Part shown: positions 44,070-56,437 of the stretch, one piece after another | Position numbering within the stretch: the stretch's first letter is position 1 | How the letters are laid out: each line of letters starts with the position of its first letter | Assembly (NCBI GenBank): GCA_963710605.1 | Contig: CAVQBA010000004.1 | Location: forward strand, 1,248,001-1,312,000 | DNA length: 64,000 nucleotides | Reading direction: 5' to 3' | Source: an uncultured cyanobacterium | GTDB lineage: Bacteria > Cyanobacteriota > Cyanobacteriia > Cyanobacteriales > Cyanobacteriaceae | Made by a program: the position numbers and the translations under genes | The notes under the pieces: generated by a model | Databases searched by the model: none | Told to the model about the DNA's origin: nothing | What the model saw: the letters and a program-made list of their open reading frames with translations, nothing else

Positions 44070-45101
44070 TTGACTATGCAAAATTTACGGACAGCAGTAA
44101 TTAACTATTATGACGTTCTAGGAGTACCAAACAATGCTACTCCAGAAGAAATCAAAAAAGAATTTCGTCGTCTAGCTAGACGCTATCATCCTGATTTGAA
44201 TCCAGGAAACAAAGAAGCGGAGGAACAATTTAAGCAAATTAATGAGGCTTATGATGTTCTTTCGGATAAGGTAAAACGTCAGCAACATAATAATCAGCTT
44301 TTTACTGTTAAACGTCGATTTGTCCGTAGTACCCAAAATCAAAATCGTAATAATGGCTTTGGTTTTAAGAAAAAACCAGTCAATCAACAAAGTCAGGGTG
44401 AGGAGCAAACTACTAGAGTACCTCAAAACAAAAATCCTTATCAAACAACGATTAAAACTACTCTTAATACGAACAGTAATCGTACTTCGACAAATGATGA
44501 TTTTCGCCCTGGTGTAAACAAAACCATCAAGTCAGCGACTCCTCCTCCTCCTTCTGCCCCACCACCAATTCGTAGTCAGCCAAAAGATATTGAAGCAAAA
44601 TTAACTTTACCCTTGACAAAAGCTTATGAAGGTGGTAGAGAAAGAATAAGATTAGAAGATGGTCGTTCTTTAGAAGTTGATATGCCTCCTGCTATGTATC
44701 ATGGGCAAAAAATCCGTCTTAAAGGACAAGGTATCCGTGGCGGTGATTTATATCTTAAGATTTTAGTAAAATCCGATCCCTTTTTTCAATTAGAGGGTTC
44801 GGATATTTGTTGTGAGATACCCATAACACCTTCAGAAGCGATCGTTGGTGGAGCAATTGAAGTACCGACGATTGATGGTTTAGTACAAATGAATATACCT
44901 TCAGGCATTAAATCAGGACAAAGATTAAAATTAGCAAACAAAGGTTATCCTAATATTAGAGGCGAAAGAGGAGACCAATTAGTTATTTTAAATATCGAAT
45001 TTCCTCCAGATATTAGTGATGCTGAAAAAGAACTTTACGCCAAAATTAGAGAAATAGAGCAGTTTAATCCTCGTCATAAATTAATTGAAGATTTTAGTTA
45101 A
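44070..45101 (+). CDS. DnaJ family chaperone (J domain plus DnaJ-C, no zinc finger)
   Basis: [31 protein letters not shown]. Confidence 0.92.
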   Translation: MTMQNLRTAVINYYDVLGVPNNATPEEIKKEFRRLARRYHPDLNPGNKEAEEQFKQINEAYDVLSDKVKRQQHNNQLFTVKRRFVRSTQNQNRNNGFGFKKKPVNQQSQGEEQTTRVPQNKNPYQTTIKTTLNTNSNRTSTNDDFRPGVNKTIKSATPPPPSAPPPIRSQPKDIEAKLTLPLTKAYEGGRERIRLEDGRSLEVDMPPAMYHGQKIRLKGQGIRGGDLYLKILVKSDPFFQLEGSDICCEIPITPSEAIVGGAIEVPTIDGLVQMNIPSGIKSGQRLKLANKGYPNIRGERGDQLVILNIEFPPDISDAEKELYAKIREIEQFNPRHKLIEDFS

Positions 45102-45338
45102 ACAATTAATCAATTCAAAATTAAGTTATTTGTAAAGACGTTACATAGTGCAACGTCTTTTATTAATCGTCATAAGCTGTCAAAAGGGCAAAGGTGATTT
45201 TTGCTCATTAGCTTGTACTACCATCAAAAATAATTACGCCAATCAATGGAGTAAGCTAAAAATTTAAAAATTAATTATTTTAATCTTTTATCCTTCTTTC
45301 TTTCTTACTCATTACTTATTACTCATTACTCATTACTC

Positions 45339-45785
45339 CTACTTTATCCCCGTGCCATAAGCCATAACTTCGATCGAAATTAAACCTTGTTTACCTGGTG
45401 TATTACCACTAATACTAGAAGTTTCAAAACGAACATTAAGAATCTGAGTAGCACCCCAAGCCATAGCACTTTCTTTCATTCTCAAAATAGCTTCTCTACG
45501 TCCTCTGTCTAATAAACTTTCAAAAACGACAACTTTACCACCGAGTAAATTACGTAGTGCAAAAGCAAAAAGTTTAAAATAATCAGCCGAAATCACAACA
45601 CTACCAATAAATAATTGAGAATCACGGGCTTCGGGAAGCTTATCTTTTTTACCAAAAGTCATCATGGGCAAATGAACAGTTTTTCTCTCTCGTATTTTAA
45701 TATTCTGGTAATGTTTTTTTTCAAAATAGTTTCCAGCAAAATAACCTATACCGATCAAAATCAAAAAAATGGTTATGTCTATCAT
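45339..45785 (-). CDS. YbjQ/UPF0145 family protein with N-terminal TM
   Basis: LRNLLGG..ESLLDRGRREAILRM, NVRFET, AYGTG. Confidence 0.85.
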   Translation of the reverse strand: MIDITIFLILIGIGYFAGNYFEKKHYQNIKIRERKTVHLPMMTFGKKDKLPEARDSQLFIGSVVISADYFKLFAFALRNLLGGKVVVFESLLDRGRREAILRMKESAMAWGATQILNVRFETSSISGNTPGKQGLISIEVMAYGTGIK

Positions 45786-46114
45786 TGTTTATCCATCCTT
45801 GTTGCTACTCTAACTGCTGTACCATACACAAATAATTCTGCCGCCCCTTGAGCAACAGAAGAAGTGGCATAACGAACATTAACTACTGCATTTGCACCTA
45901 ACATATCAGCTTGAGAAATCATTCTTTGAGTTGCTTCTTCTCTAGCTTCTTGCAATAATTCGGTATATCCAACTAATTCACCGCCAACTATATTTTTTAA
46001 TCCTGCTAGAATATCTTTACCAACATTTTTTGCCCTAACGCTACTACCTTGAGCAATACCATAATGTTGAGTTATCTCTTTACCCGGGACACCTTCTAAG
46101 GTTGTAATAATCAT
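45782..46114 (-). CDS. YbjQ/UPF0145 family protein
   Basis: LKNIVGGELVGYTELLQEAREEA, GANAVVNVRY, YGTAV. Confidence 0.92.
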   Translation of the reverse strand: MIITTLEGVPGKEITQHYGIAQGSSVRAKNVGKDILAGLKNIVGGELVGYTELLQEAREEATQRMISQADMLGANAVVNVRYATSSVAQGAAELFVYGTAVRVATRMDKQ

Positions 46115-46260
46115 AATTATTAGTAATTATATTTTTTATGACTAATTTACGATAGCTGAATCTTATCTCAACCAAGATAAATTATTAACCATTGTTTACA
46201 ATCGTCAAATAGTTGATAGTTGATAGTTGATAGTTGATAGTTAATTATTTACTATTATTA

Positions 46261-46346
46261 AGTACACTCACCATCCCCCTAAATCCCCCTTACCAAAGGG
46301 GACTTGCAAATATAAACTGTACCTCATAATTATGGGAAACGCTATA
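46261..46346. repeat. CCCCCTAAATCCCCC-family repeat (partial MITE) between 24-bp direct repeats
   Basis: Matches 53496-53580. Core motif also at ~20316, ~49805-49920, ~56214 and ~56387. Confidence 0.75.
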
Positions 46347-46385
46347 GTTAATTATTTACTATTATTATCTGTATAGTCAAAGGTT

Positions 46386-47159
46386 TTAACTGTAGTCAAC
46401 AAATATAGTTAAAACAGATAAAATAAGAGCCTCGCTCCATTCGACAGTTGCTCCATAAGTATCTCCTGTATGTCCTCCTAATTTGTAATTAAACCACCAA
46501 CCGACAATAAGTGCGATCGTAATAGAAAGTAAATTAATCAAAAGAATAAAAACAAGTGAATGATGAAGGTAAAAATATTCTCCTAGCACGACAGGAACAA
46601 TAAATAAAGAAGCCAAAATAAGATCAAAGGGTAAAACCAAGTTTTCTTTCAAAAAAGCTCCCTTACCTTCGGTTCTCAGGTATGGGTAAAAAACGATCGC
46701 CATTAGTTGCCCCCAACGCCCCCAACTCATCGCTAAAATCAAACCCCACCACCAATTATTATTTGAAAGAGAAAATAAAGCCCCCCATTTCAAAGCTAAA
46801 ACAATAATCGCCGCCATTACACCAAAAGCACCTGTATAACTATCACGCATCACTTCTAGTTGACGATTAGTGTCTCCTCCAACTATAGCTAAACCATCGG
46901 CAGTATCCATCACACCATCCAAATGTAATCCACCAGTTAACGAAATAGCGAAAGCAACCAAAAAAATAGCCGTCATTAAATTCGGAAAACCAACTAACAC
47001 AAATAAGTAACCAATGATACTCAATATACAACCAAGTAAAATACCAATCCACGGTAACCAGACAGCAATTCTGATGAAATTAAGAGCTAATGCAGAAGGA
47101 AGATTAATTGTCGTGTAAAAAACTAACGCTCCCAAAAATGATGAAAGGAAATTTTTCAT
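46386..47159 (-). CDS. cobS: Adenosylcobinamide-GDP ribazoletransferase (cobalamin synthase)
   Basis: TGGLHLDGVMDTADG, MRDSYTGAFG, GGHTGDTYGA; likely start 47159. Confidence 0.93.
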   Translation of the reverse strand: MKNFLSSFLGALVFYTTINLPSALALNFIRIAVWLPWIGILLGCILSIIGYLFVLVGFPNLMTAIFLVAFAISLTGGLHLDGVMDTADGLAIVGGDTNRQLEVMRDSYTGAFGVMAAIIVLALKWGALFSLSNNNWWWGLILAMSWGRWGQLMAIVFYPYLRTEGKGAFLKENLVLPFDLILASLFIVPVVLGEYFYLHHSLVFILLINLLSITIALIVGWWFNYKLGGHTGDTYGATVEWSEALILSVLTIFVDYS

Positions 47160-47639
47160 AATCAAAAAAAAATTATTAATTAACCTGAACAAAAATTTAA
47201 TTTTAGGTTAAGATTAGGTGGGAACAAAAAAACAATTGATTATAACTTTTAATTTTGTGATCAATACTAAATTAAATATTGACTGTTTTGTCAAAAAAAT
47301 ATAGCCTATAACAGAGTCAGTATTTTGTTTTTATTGTTTAATTAATTTTGGACAGAATATATGTATTTTCAGTGCTTATTTCCACTCATCAAGTAAGACA
47401 ATGGTGTTTTTTACTGAGCAAAATTAACTGATAAATAAGACTATTTTAGCATTATGAAAACTAGTCGATTAAGAAAAAATTATCTATAATTAGATAAAGA
47501 TAATTTGCTCTAGAAACTTGAGATGTTAAAAAAATTAACTTTTCTTAACATTAAGTAACAAAGAGCTATTTGATCAACTGTTTTAAGTTTAATCAAACCC
47601 AATTATTTAGCATAGAGATAAAAAAAAGGTCAATAAATC

Positions 47640-48092
47640 ATGAATCATCAAACCAACAATTGTCACTTAGTTGCACCCTGTATTATTGAATCAGGTATTT
47701 TAGTGAACAAAGAAGATATCAAACGTCTGCTTAATGATTTGACTCAAGTCCGTTATGTACACGATATTGATGGGGTTGTGCAAAATCAAGGACAAGGTTG
47801 GATTTTAGAAGTATTTAATGATTTAACTCAAGCCACAATGATTGTTAATAATAGTTTATATATTAATATTCAAAGTTTTGATTATCTCAAAGTTAATCAA
47901 GTTAGTCCTTATGAAACACATTTTGATTTGATTCAAGATAACCGTACAATACGTTTAATTCCGATGGCAACTGGAAGTCAAGAACACCAACAACAAACAT
48001 CAAAAAATCTGGGTTTTAGCAGTTTTGATGAAATGATGGGAGAAGTTTTTTCAGCAAAATGGGATGTACAGTCAGACGAAGATTTTGTCTAA
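47640..48092 (+). CDS. Conserved cyanobacterial hypothetical protein
   Basis: 150-aa ORF, divergent from cobS. Confidence 0.7.
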   Translation: MNHQTNNCHLVAPCIIESGILVNKEDIKRLLNDLTQVRYVHDIDGVVQNQGQGWILEVFNDLTQATMIVNNSLYINIQSFDYLKVNQVSPYETHFDLIQDNRTIRLIPMATGSQEHQQQTSKNLGFSSFDEMMGEVFSAKWDVQSDEDFV

Positions 48093-48377
48093 ATAAAATA
48101 GTTTAGTTCAGACAATTTAAGTACAGAGGAAAGTATTAAGTAGGTGTTGTATTTGTATTGGATTGGCTATTTATTTAAATGTAAACAAAAAGCCTTTCAA
48201 TCAAAGTTTAAGTAAGTTACAGTGAACAAATAAATAAGTTTCTTGGGTAAAAAAATAGAGATAATATTATCTTGTTTCAAAAGGGAGAGAATCAAAGAAA
48301 AGTTCTAATTTCGCTTTAATATCTGTTTAACAGTAAAGTTAATCATTCATTGTTTTGACAACGATCGTATATATTGA

Positions 48378-49535
<1,158 letters not shown>

Positions 49536-49939
49536 TTAAAAGTTAAGAGTAAATCGACTTTGGGTTTATGCCATAAACCCCTACAGTTTTCTTGCTTGAA
49601 TTAAATTGTAACTATCAATTAATAAAAGTTGTCCCTCGCAATGTTTACATCAAGACGACAATGAATAGCTTCTTATCTTGTTTAATCGATCGTTACTTAG
49701 TCGTCATTTTTGTTACGAACATTATATTGTTATTACTAAATAATAATACATAGTGTTCTGCTTTTTATTTAATCTAAATACAGTTAGTTAGTTATATCTA
49801 GTAAGTCCCCCACTCTCCCCTTTCAAGGGGAGATGCAAAATAGGCAGAGGGGTCGGGGGGATTTAGGGGCTTTAAGCGGCTGTAAAGGATTAAGAGGGGA
49901 TTAGGAAATTTAGAGGGGGATATTAAAAAAAGTATTCAA

Positions 49940-50704
49940 TTAAAACAGTTCGATTATATTTTTTACTCTCTTAATATTTTCTTCAAGCTCCTCTAAAGTA
50001 TTACCATTACTTGAAGATTTCGGTTCATCATTTGTTTTTGATTGAGGTAAATTCAAAGTAACTGGTGGCTTTGAATCTGGAGTACTACTAGGAGGTAACT
50101 GCGAAGCAGACATAGAAATTAAATGAGCATCAATAAAGTAAAGTGCAGAACAGCGAAAACCAGAACTACCTAGTGAGTGAGAACATACAACTTCAATGGC
50201 AATGTTATCAATATTATTAAGATCGAGTACCATTGTCTTTAACTCTCCTGCATGAACTTTGTGATAGCCCTGAGGTACTCCGTCTAGATACACCTGAACT
50301 GTTACATAATTTTGTTTGGGATTTCCTATTGACACCATGTTGTAAGCATTATCTTCAATGCCAAAACTTAGTCGTAAAGTATTAAATGAATTGTTGCGTT
50401 CTTGAATTCCAGAGGTTAATGTTACTTTTTCTCCATTATAAAGTCCATTGCTACTCTTATTAAACCAAAAAATAGGAGAATGTAATTGTCTTTCGATTGA
50501 AACATTTCCACCATTGTTGGTATATAATCTGGTGTAGCGTTGAGAGCTAATCCATCGATAGGGAAATGAAAGTAAGGGAATCGAATCACCAGAACTTTTT
50601 TGTGGGCGTTGTGCTTGAGTATCTTTTACGTTTAAATTAAACAAAGTCAAACCAAGAACACTTAACGTCGTTACTTTTTTAAGTAGATTAATAGTTAATT
50701 TCAT
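49940..50704 (-). CDS. Secreted protein, possible NPCBM/NEW2-like beta-sandwich
   Basis: Signal peptide ending TQA-Q; LRLSFGIEDN..VYLDG..LDLNNIDNIAIEV; Pro/Ser-rich tail. Confidence 0.6.
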   Translation of the reverse strand: MKLTINLLKKVTTLSVLGLTLFNLNVKDTQAQRPQKSSGDSIPLLSFPYRWISSQRYTRLYTNNGGNVSIERQLHSPIFWFNKSSNGLYNGEKVTLTSGIQERNNSFNTLRLSFGIEDNAYNMVSIGNPKQNYVTVQVYLDGVPQGYHKVHAGELKTMVLDLNNIDNIAIEVVCSHSLGSSGFRCSALYFIDAHLISMSASQLPPSSTPDSKPPVTLNLPQSKTNDEPKSSSNGNTLEELEENIKRVKNIIELF

Positions 50705-51515
50705 TGTGGGTTAATAATTTTGTTTTTATCTATAACAGAAAACGGCTTATCAAAGCAACATTATTATAAATTGATTAAGTCCTCCAAACTTGTAGATTTT
50801 AGTGGGCTTTAGAGGATTAAGAGGGGATTGAGAGATGAGTCAGAGGTATATATATTAAAAAAAGTATTCAATTAAAACGAATCGAATATACCTTTTATGG
50901 TCTTAATAGTTTCTTCAAGCTCTTCTAAAGTATTGCCATTATTAGGAGATTTCGGTTCGTCTTTTCTTTCTTCTTCTGTAGGAAACTTCAAAGTAACTGG
51001 TGGCTTTGAATCTGGAGTACTACTAGGAGGATACTGCGAAGCAGACATAGAAACTAAGTGAGCATCAATAAAGTAAAGCTCAGAACATGAATAATTTTTT
51101 GAGTGAGAACAGACAACTTCGATCGCAATGTTATTAACATTATCAAGAATCGAGTAACATTGTCTCTAACTCTCCTGCATGAACTTCGTAATAGCCCTTA
51201 TCTACTCCGTCCGAAAACACCCTAACTGTTACATAATTTTGCTTAGGATTTCCACTTGACACCATTCTAGAAGCATTGTCTTCAATGCCAAAACTTAATC
51301 TTAAAGTATTAAACGAATTGCTGCGTTCTTGAATTCCACAAGTTAATGTTATTCTCTCCCCACTGTAGGTCGTACTAAACCAGAAAACAGAGGAAAATAA
51401 TTGTCTTTCGATTGAAATATTTACACTATTCTTGCTGTTTAATCGATTGTAGCCTATAGAGCTAACCCATCTACAGGGAAAAGAAAGTAAAGGTTTAGAA
51501 TCACCAGAATTTTGT

Positions 51516-53234
51516 CAGCAATTCTCATTTTGAAGAAGAATATATGTAACACAACAATAATTATATTGTAAATATTCATAATTAAATCTAAATTAGACGA
51601 TTATCAGTTCTGATTTTTCTTTTCTTTGTTATATTACATCAGCACTTCAAAAAAATAGTCATCACAAACTAGACCTAATTTTCTTGCTTGATAAAAATTA
51701 GGCTTCTTTCTGTGATATTCATTACTTCAAAATCAACTTACCTTTACTGTTTATTTTTTCTCTTTTTAACTTGTGTTGATTAACTTTCTTTCTTCTCCTT
51801 CCGTTAGTACAAATATGAATAAATCCTGCCAACTTTCAAACCATATATATTTCAATAACGCTCTTATATCATTAAAAAATGTTTTTCTCCTCACTAATTT
51901 GTCTCTAATTTTTTGATAGTTAACATTCACTAATTCTAAAACATTGTGAAAGAGAAATCCTAGTAGATTTAATGATAACAATATTTCGGACAAATTCTCT
52001 TGCCCATGACCAAAATTATGTTCAAAATTATATCCTTGATTTTTCAAGATATTATTACCTTCATTTTCTACTTTCCATCTTGTTCTTCCCCCTTTTATTA
52101 TTACTAATATATTGTCTTCTTTTAATTTATGATTAGTGATAAAGCTATTATAATAAATTACTTTATTCTTAATTCTATCAATTATCTCGACCTCATACCA
52201 ATTGACCATTAAGCTTGGCTTTTTTTCTCTCATTGGTACATTATTTACATACTTATAACGATAAATTATCGGTCTTCCTTTTTCATATTTTTTGATTTCT
52301 CCTTTCTTTATTTCTTCATTTTTTTCTAAAAAATCAAGCCATTCATATAAACTTTTATGAGATGATGGTAAAGCCACAAATATAAAATTATATCCTTGTT
52401 TTATCGCTAATTCACATATTGGCTGACGAGAATAAGAATCATCTCCCAATAAGGTTATTTGATTTTTTTCTTGGTCATTTGAATTTCGTAATAACCACCT
52501 TTTTACCGCTACGTTTTCACAATCTTGCTTCGTTTTACCATCCTGTTTTCTAATAAATTCAGGCTCTAAGTTAATTACTTGTTTTTTGTTTGGTGAGACG
52601 ATAACTGGAGTAATTACTTGATGATAATAAGTTGTTTCACCATTTCTATGATTGCGACAATTACAATGAGGACAATAAATCTTTTTAGAGGAATAATATT
52701 GGGTTCCATCCAATGCTACTAATATTTGATTTTCTAAGTATTCAAACTGTTTCATGATTTTATTTTCATCTAACCATTGAAATACCCTTTTAAATGTGGG
52801 AAAAACTATTTTTGCACTTACAGGGTCTAACAGTGTTCGCAGTTGATTATCAGATGGTACTTCTTCTAAACCAAATAAACTTAATGCATTATCTTTCCCT
52901 TTTTGTTGCTTCATCGAACGTTGATGTTCTAAAAAAGAAGGTAACTGGGTAAAAAAGACCGAAAACGCTGCCATAACAGCCTCAGAAATTTGATATTTGA
53001 TGTTTTTTCCAGTTCTTTTATCTGGTAATCCATTTAATTCTTGACGCAAAAATTCAATTAACTGTGATGGTTCGAACTCAGGACTTTTTTTCATGTAGTA
53101 TGAAGTTGAAGCAAAAATTAAGATTTTATTTCAAGTCACATCTATCATAACCACAAAAATTACTTCCGAGAACTATGATTCTTGTTTGTAAACAAAAGAA
53201 ATACGCTCTATTTTTTCCATAATGAGAATTGCTG
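51516..53234 (-). mobile_element. Insertion sequence (ISNCY-type DDE), 1719 bp
   Basis: Perfect 14-bp TIR CAGCAATTCTCATT; 9-bp target duplication GAATTTTGT at 51507-51515 and 53235-53243. Confidence 0.95.
51766..53094 (-). CDS. ISNCY family DDE transposase
   Basis: VALDGT, LLGDDSY, RTRWKVENEGNNILKNQGYNFEHNFGHG. Confidence 0.88.
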   Translation of the reverse strand: MKKSPEFEPSQLIEFLRQELNGLPDKRTGKNIKYQISEAVMAAFSVFFTQLPSFLEHQRSMKQQKGKDNALSLFGLEEVPSDNQLRTLLDPVSAKIVFPTFKRVFQWLDENKIMKQFEYLENQILVALDGTQYYSSKKIYCPHCNCRNHRNGETTYYHQVITPVIVSPNKKQVINLEPEFIRKQDGKTKQDCENVAVKRWLLRNSNDQEKNQITLLGDDSYSRQPICELAIKQGYNFIFVALPSSHKSLYEWLDFLEKNEEIKKGEIKKYEKGRPIIYRYKYVNNVPMREKKPSLMVNWYEVEIIDRIKNKVIYYNSFITNHKLKEDNILVIIKGGRTRWKVENEGNNILKNQGYNFEHNFGHGQENLSEILLSLNLLGFLFHNVLELVNVNYQKIRDKLVRRKTFFNDIRALLKYIWFESWQDLFIFVLTEGEERKLINTS

Positions 53235-53472
53235 GAATTTTGTTGTGGGCGTTGTGCTTGAGTCTCTTTTACGTTTAAATTTAATAAAGCCAAACCAAGA
53301 ACACTTAACGTCGTTACTTTTTTAAGCAGATTAATAGTTGATTTCATAGAGATTAAGTTTGTTTAAATTTAAGTTTATTAATAGGAGTAGCTAATCGTTA
53401 ATAGGTAAGTTTTTCATTCGTTTTTTCTGATTACGGAAAAATTTAAGTTAAATATGCATGAGTTGATTTTTT

Positions 53473-53580
53473 TATAGCAATTATTAATTAAATGAAGTAC
53501 AAACCAATCCCCCTAAATCCCCCTTTGAAAGGGGGACTTGCCAATTTTAACTGTAGCTCATAATTAAGATAAACGCTATA
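53473..53580. repeat. MITE-like repeat with TATAGC..GCTATA ends and CCCCCTAAATCCCCC core
   Basis: Imperfect ~29-bp terminal inverted repeats. Confidence 0.7.
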
Positions 53581-53583
53581 TTC

Positions 53584-55224
53584 TTAAATTGATAATTCAA
53601 ATGAATTCATTATAACTTCATTAAAAATTTTTTCATATTTTTGATATTCTTCTGTTTCTGCTTGATAAATAAAGACATACGCCTTCTGATTATCCAGAGT
53701 TATCAATTCTTTTGTTTTTATTTCTTGTCCTTGATCATTAAAATAACGATAAACTCTAGAATATCCTTTAAGATTATTTTCACCAATTGACACCATCTCT
53801 TCTTCAAGAATCTCTAGCTGAGAATATTGTTTTTTAAGATGTCTTTCTTCAGTTGTTTTGACATAATCAGATAAAGACTGAAGTCCAATATCTTCTTCTA
53901 CACGAACAAATATTTTATTGGTCAATTCTGATTCGTTTTTCTCATGGCTTACAGGAAAAAATTCAGCTACCACTGGATTAAACATACTGTAACCACTATC
54001 TCTTTTGCTCCAATTTAAAGGATAGTCAATTTTAAACTGACCATTAGGTGCTTCGTAAACAGTAGTTTCGACAACATTTGTTTTTTGTAATAGTAATGGT
54101 AAGGTATTAATTCCTAAAAAAGTGAGTATAGCAGAAACTATAATAATGAATCCTCGCTTTTTCAGAAAAAAAGGTGGTTCTTTTTCTATTTCTATACCAA
54201 GTAACCATAACCAGTTTTTTAACCGATCGGGTTTTTCTACTTTTTGAATTCTTTCAGAAGTGATTTTTTTCTCATCTTGTATAGCATCAAGTAAAATTAG
54301 CCATTCATCGATCGTCGGACGGTTTTTGAACTCTGTTGTCATCCCTATTTGAATAACTCGATCGAGCTTTTCGGAAATCTGTTTATTCAAAGATTTTGGT
54401 AATACCAAAGATTCCCCTTCACCTCGTTTGGCAGTTGTGGTTGGTACTTCTCCTGTTACTAAATAGTAAAGTGTTGCCGCTAAAGAATAAACATCTGTGT
54501 ACGAGCCTAGTTCGGCTTCAGAAGGATTTAGTTCGGGGGCGGCATATTTACGAGTTAATTGACCGCTAGTTGGTTGCAAACTATTTTTTTTGAACTTAGT
54601 AACTGTACCAAAATCGATTAAAAGTGCTTTTGGTTCGGGGTTATCGCAAATCAAAATATTCTCTGGTTTAATGTCTCCGTGAATGTATTGATTAGCATGA
54701 ACAACTGCTTCGAGAGCTTCGCTAATCTGCCGAATGAAATATAAGGCTTCGGATTCGTCAAGACAACTATTACGATAGACTAGAAATTCTTTGAGATTTT
54801 TTCCTTCAACATAATCCATGACGATACACCACTTACCGCTATTTCGATCTTGAATTATGTCTTGAGTTGGAACAATGTATTTGTGTTTAAACCTATTGTG
54901 ATTAAAGGCTTCTTGTACTAGCTTACCTCTTGACTTTCCTTCGTCGTTTTGAGAATTAGATTGCCGAACAACTTTAATTGCTACTTTTTGATTCTCTTCA
55001 TCTGAAGCCAAATAAGTAATACCATTACCACCCTTCCCTAGCTTACGATCGATTATATAAACTCGATCGTCATATGTCCAGATTTCGTAGCCTTTACGCC
55101 AAAATTTCATTTCACCACAACCTCGATCGCTCTTCTGTTTTTTTAATGCCTCTAACGGAGAAATAGGGAGAGAATTGGTGGTTTTCTCCTGTTCGGTTTG
55201 GTTTAATAATTCTTTGTTTCCCAT
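53584..55224 (-). CDS. Membrane Ser/Thr protein kinase with C-terminal PsbP-like extracytoplasmic domain
   Basis: LGKGGNGITY, VAIK, IHGDIKPENI, DFG, APE, DVYSLA; one TM; FKIDYPLNW..YVFIYQA; likely start MGNKEL at 55224. Confidence 0.88.
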   Translation of the reverse strand: MGNKELLNQTEQEKTTNSLPISPLEALKKQKSDRGCGEMKFWRKGYEIWTYDDRVYIIDRKLGKGGNGITYLASDEENQKVAIKVVRQSNSQNDEGKSRGKLVQEAFNHNRFKHKYIVPTQDIIQDRNSGKWCIVMDYVEGKNLKEFLVYRNSCLDESEALYFIRQISEALEAVVHANQYIHGDIKPENILICDNPEPKALLIDFGTVTKFKKNSLQPTSGQLTRKYAAPELNPSEAELGSYTDVYSLAATLYYLVTGEVPTTTAKRGEGESLVLPKSLNKQISEKLDRVIQIGMTTEFKNRPTIDEWLILLDAIQDEKKITSERIQKVEKPDRLKNWLWLLGIEIEKEPPFFLKKRGFIIIVSAILTFLGINTLPLLLQKTNVVETTVYEAPNGQFKIDYPLNWSKRDSGYSMFNPVVAEFFPVSHEKNESELTNKIFVRVEEDIGLQSLSDYVKTTEERHLKKQYSQLEILEEEMVSIGENNLKGYSRVYRYFNDQGQEIKTKELITLDNQKAYVFIYQAETEEYQKYEKIFNEVIMNSFELSI

Positions 55225-55315
55225 GAAGAATTTGAGTTCTAAAATGAGTTGGATAACAAGGTCATTATAATACAATAATAATTTCTCCAGAAAAACTAGA
55301 ATTTGCTTAAAAGAA

Positions 55316-56137
55316 TTAATTAACGATTTTAATTCCTTTAAAACGATAGCCTTTACCGACGACAGTGATAATATATTCAGGATCGGAAGGATTTGTCTCG
55401 ATTTTATTTCGTACCCGCATCGCAACCCCATTAACTGCATTAGGCGTATGACCGAAACGATCGTCCCACAAAGCATCAATCAATTCTTCATATGTACATC
55501 GTACTGCTCGTCCTTCATTAGCATGATTTTGTCGGATCATGTATTCAATAAAATCTAGTTCTTGCTTGGCAAGATAAATCTCTTCTCGATTACGTCCTGT
55601 TTTCCAGAAGAGAACACCTTCACTTAAACTAAAAGCAAGTTGGCGAGTATGCTCAAGTTGTTCGATGGTATCTGTTAGATCTTCTAGTAACGTCATTTCC
55701 CAAAAGCAGAGCTTATTATCGGGAACAGAAATTTTACCAACAATCAGAATTGTATCTCCTTGGTGAAGACGAATTCTTCCTTCTGAGCGGACATCAATTT
55801 CAGTTCCGCCTTCAGCACGCCGTAAATAAGTTCCATCAGTACTCGGCTTACCTCCAGAATTAAATTCGTCATCAATTACATACCAGTAGTCAGTATTACA
55901 TTCCAAACGACACTGTTGCCTTGAGACTATCTTCTTCCTATTTTTAGGAGTTGGTAAAACCAAATCGTTTTCTTCCGATCGTCCAATAGTCACTAGTTTG
56001 CGATCTTGAAGAGAGTACCAACCCTCTTCGCCATCTGGAGTTTTAATTTTTAAACCCGGAAGTTCTGGATTTTCTGGGATTGGTTGTTCGATCGTATTCA
56101 TACTTTTTATTAATGACTGCTCTATTGTTGTGTACAT
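55316..56137 (-). CDS. FHA domain plus OmpR-type winged-helix transcriptional regulator
   Basis: TIGRSEENDLVL..VSRQQC..STDGTY; C-terminal EELIDALW..RVRNKIETNPSDPEYIITVVGKGYRF. Confidence 0.88.
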   Translation of the reverse strand: MYTTIEQSLIKSMNTIEQPIPENPELPGLKIKTPDGEEGWYSLQDRKLVTIGRSEENDLVLPTPKNRKKIVSRQQCRLECNTDYWYVIDDEFNSGGKPSTDGTYLRRAEGGTEIDVRSEGRIRLHQGDTILIVGKISVPDNKLCFWEMTLLEDLTDTIEQLEHTRQLAFSLSEGVLFWKTGRNREEIYLAKQELDFIEYMIRQNHANEGRAVRCTYEELIDALWDDRFGHTPNAVNGVAMRVRNKIETNPSDPEYIITVVGKGYRFKGIKIVN

Positions 56138-56437
56138 TATATTTTCTTTTGAAGCTACTATCGGTTATGTAATACCAATTCCAATAAAATTTGTAACAGT
56201 TACTATTACCAAGTCCCCCTAACGCGCGGGGGATTTAGGGGGATTGATTTGTCTTTTTGTTGTTTAAATTTGGTATAACTTGAGTATATAAAAGATAGTT
56301 CAGTTAGAGCAATGTAAACTAAATTGAATTTGAATTTAAAAAATCACAACTTATATTATTTTCAAAAAATAATGTTATAAATCGATCCCCCTAAATCCCT
56401 CTATCCCCCTCTATCCCCCTTTCAAAGGGGGAAGGCA

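Larger units (their letters stand above)
50872..53347 (-). pseudogene. Tandem paralogue of 49940..50704, interrupted by an ISNCY element and with an indel near 51150
   Basis: 5' part (53235-53347) and 3' part (50872-51515) align with the intact neighbour. Confidence 0.88.

Noticed and set aside
55225-55479. N-terminal extension of the kinase overlapping the FHA regulator
   Set aside because: Overlaps the upstream gene in another frame; the ATG at 55224 is a more plausible start.
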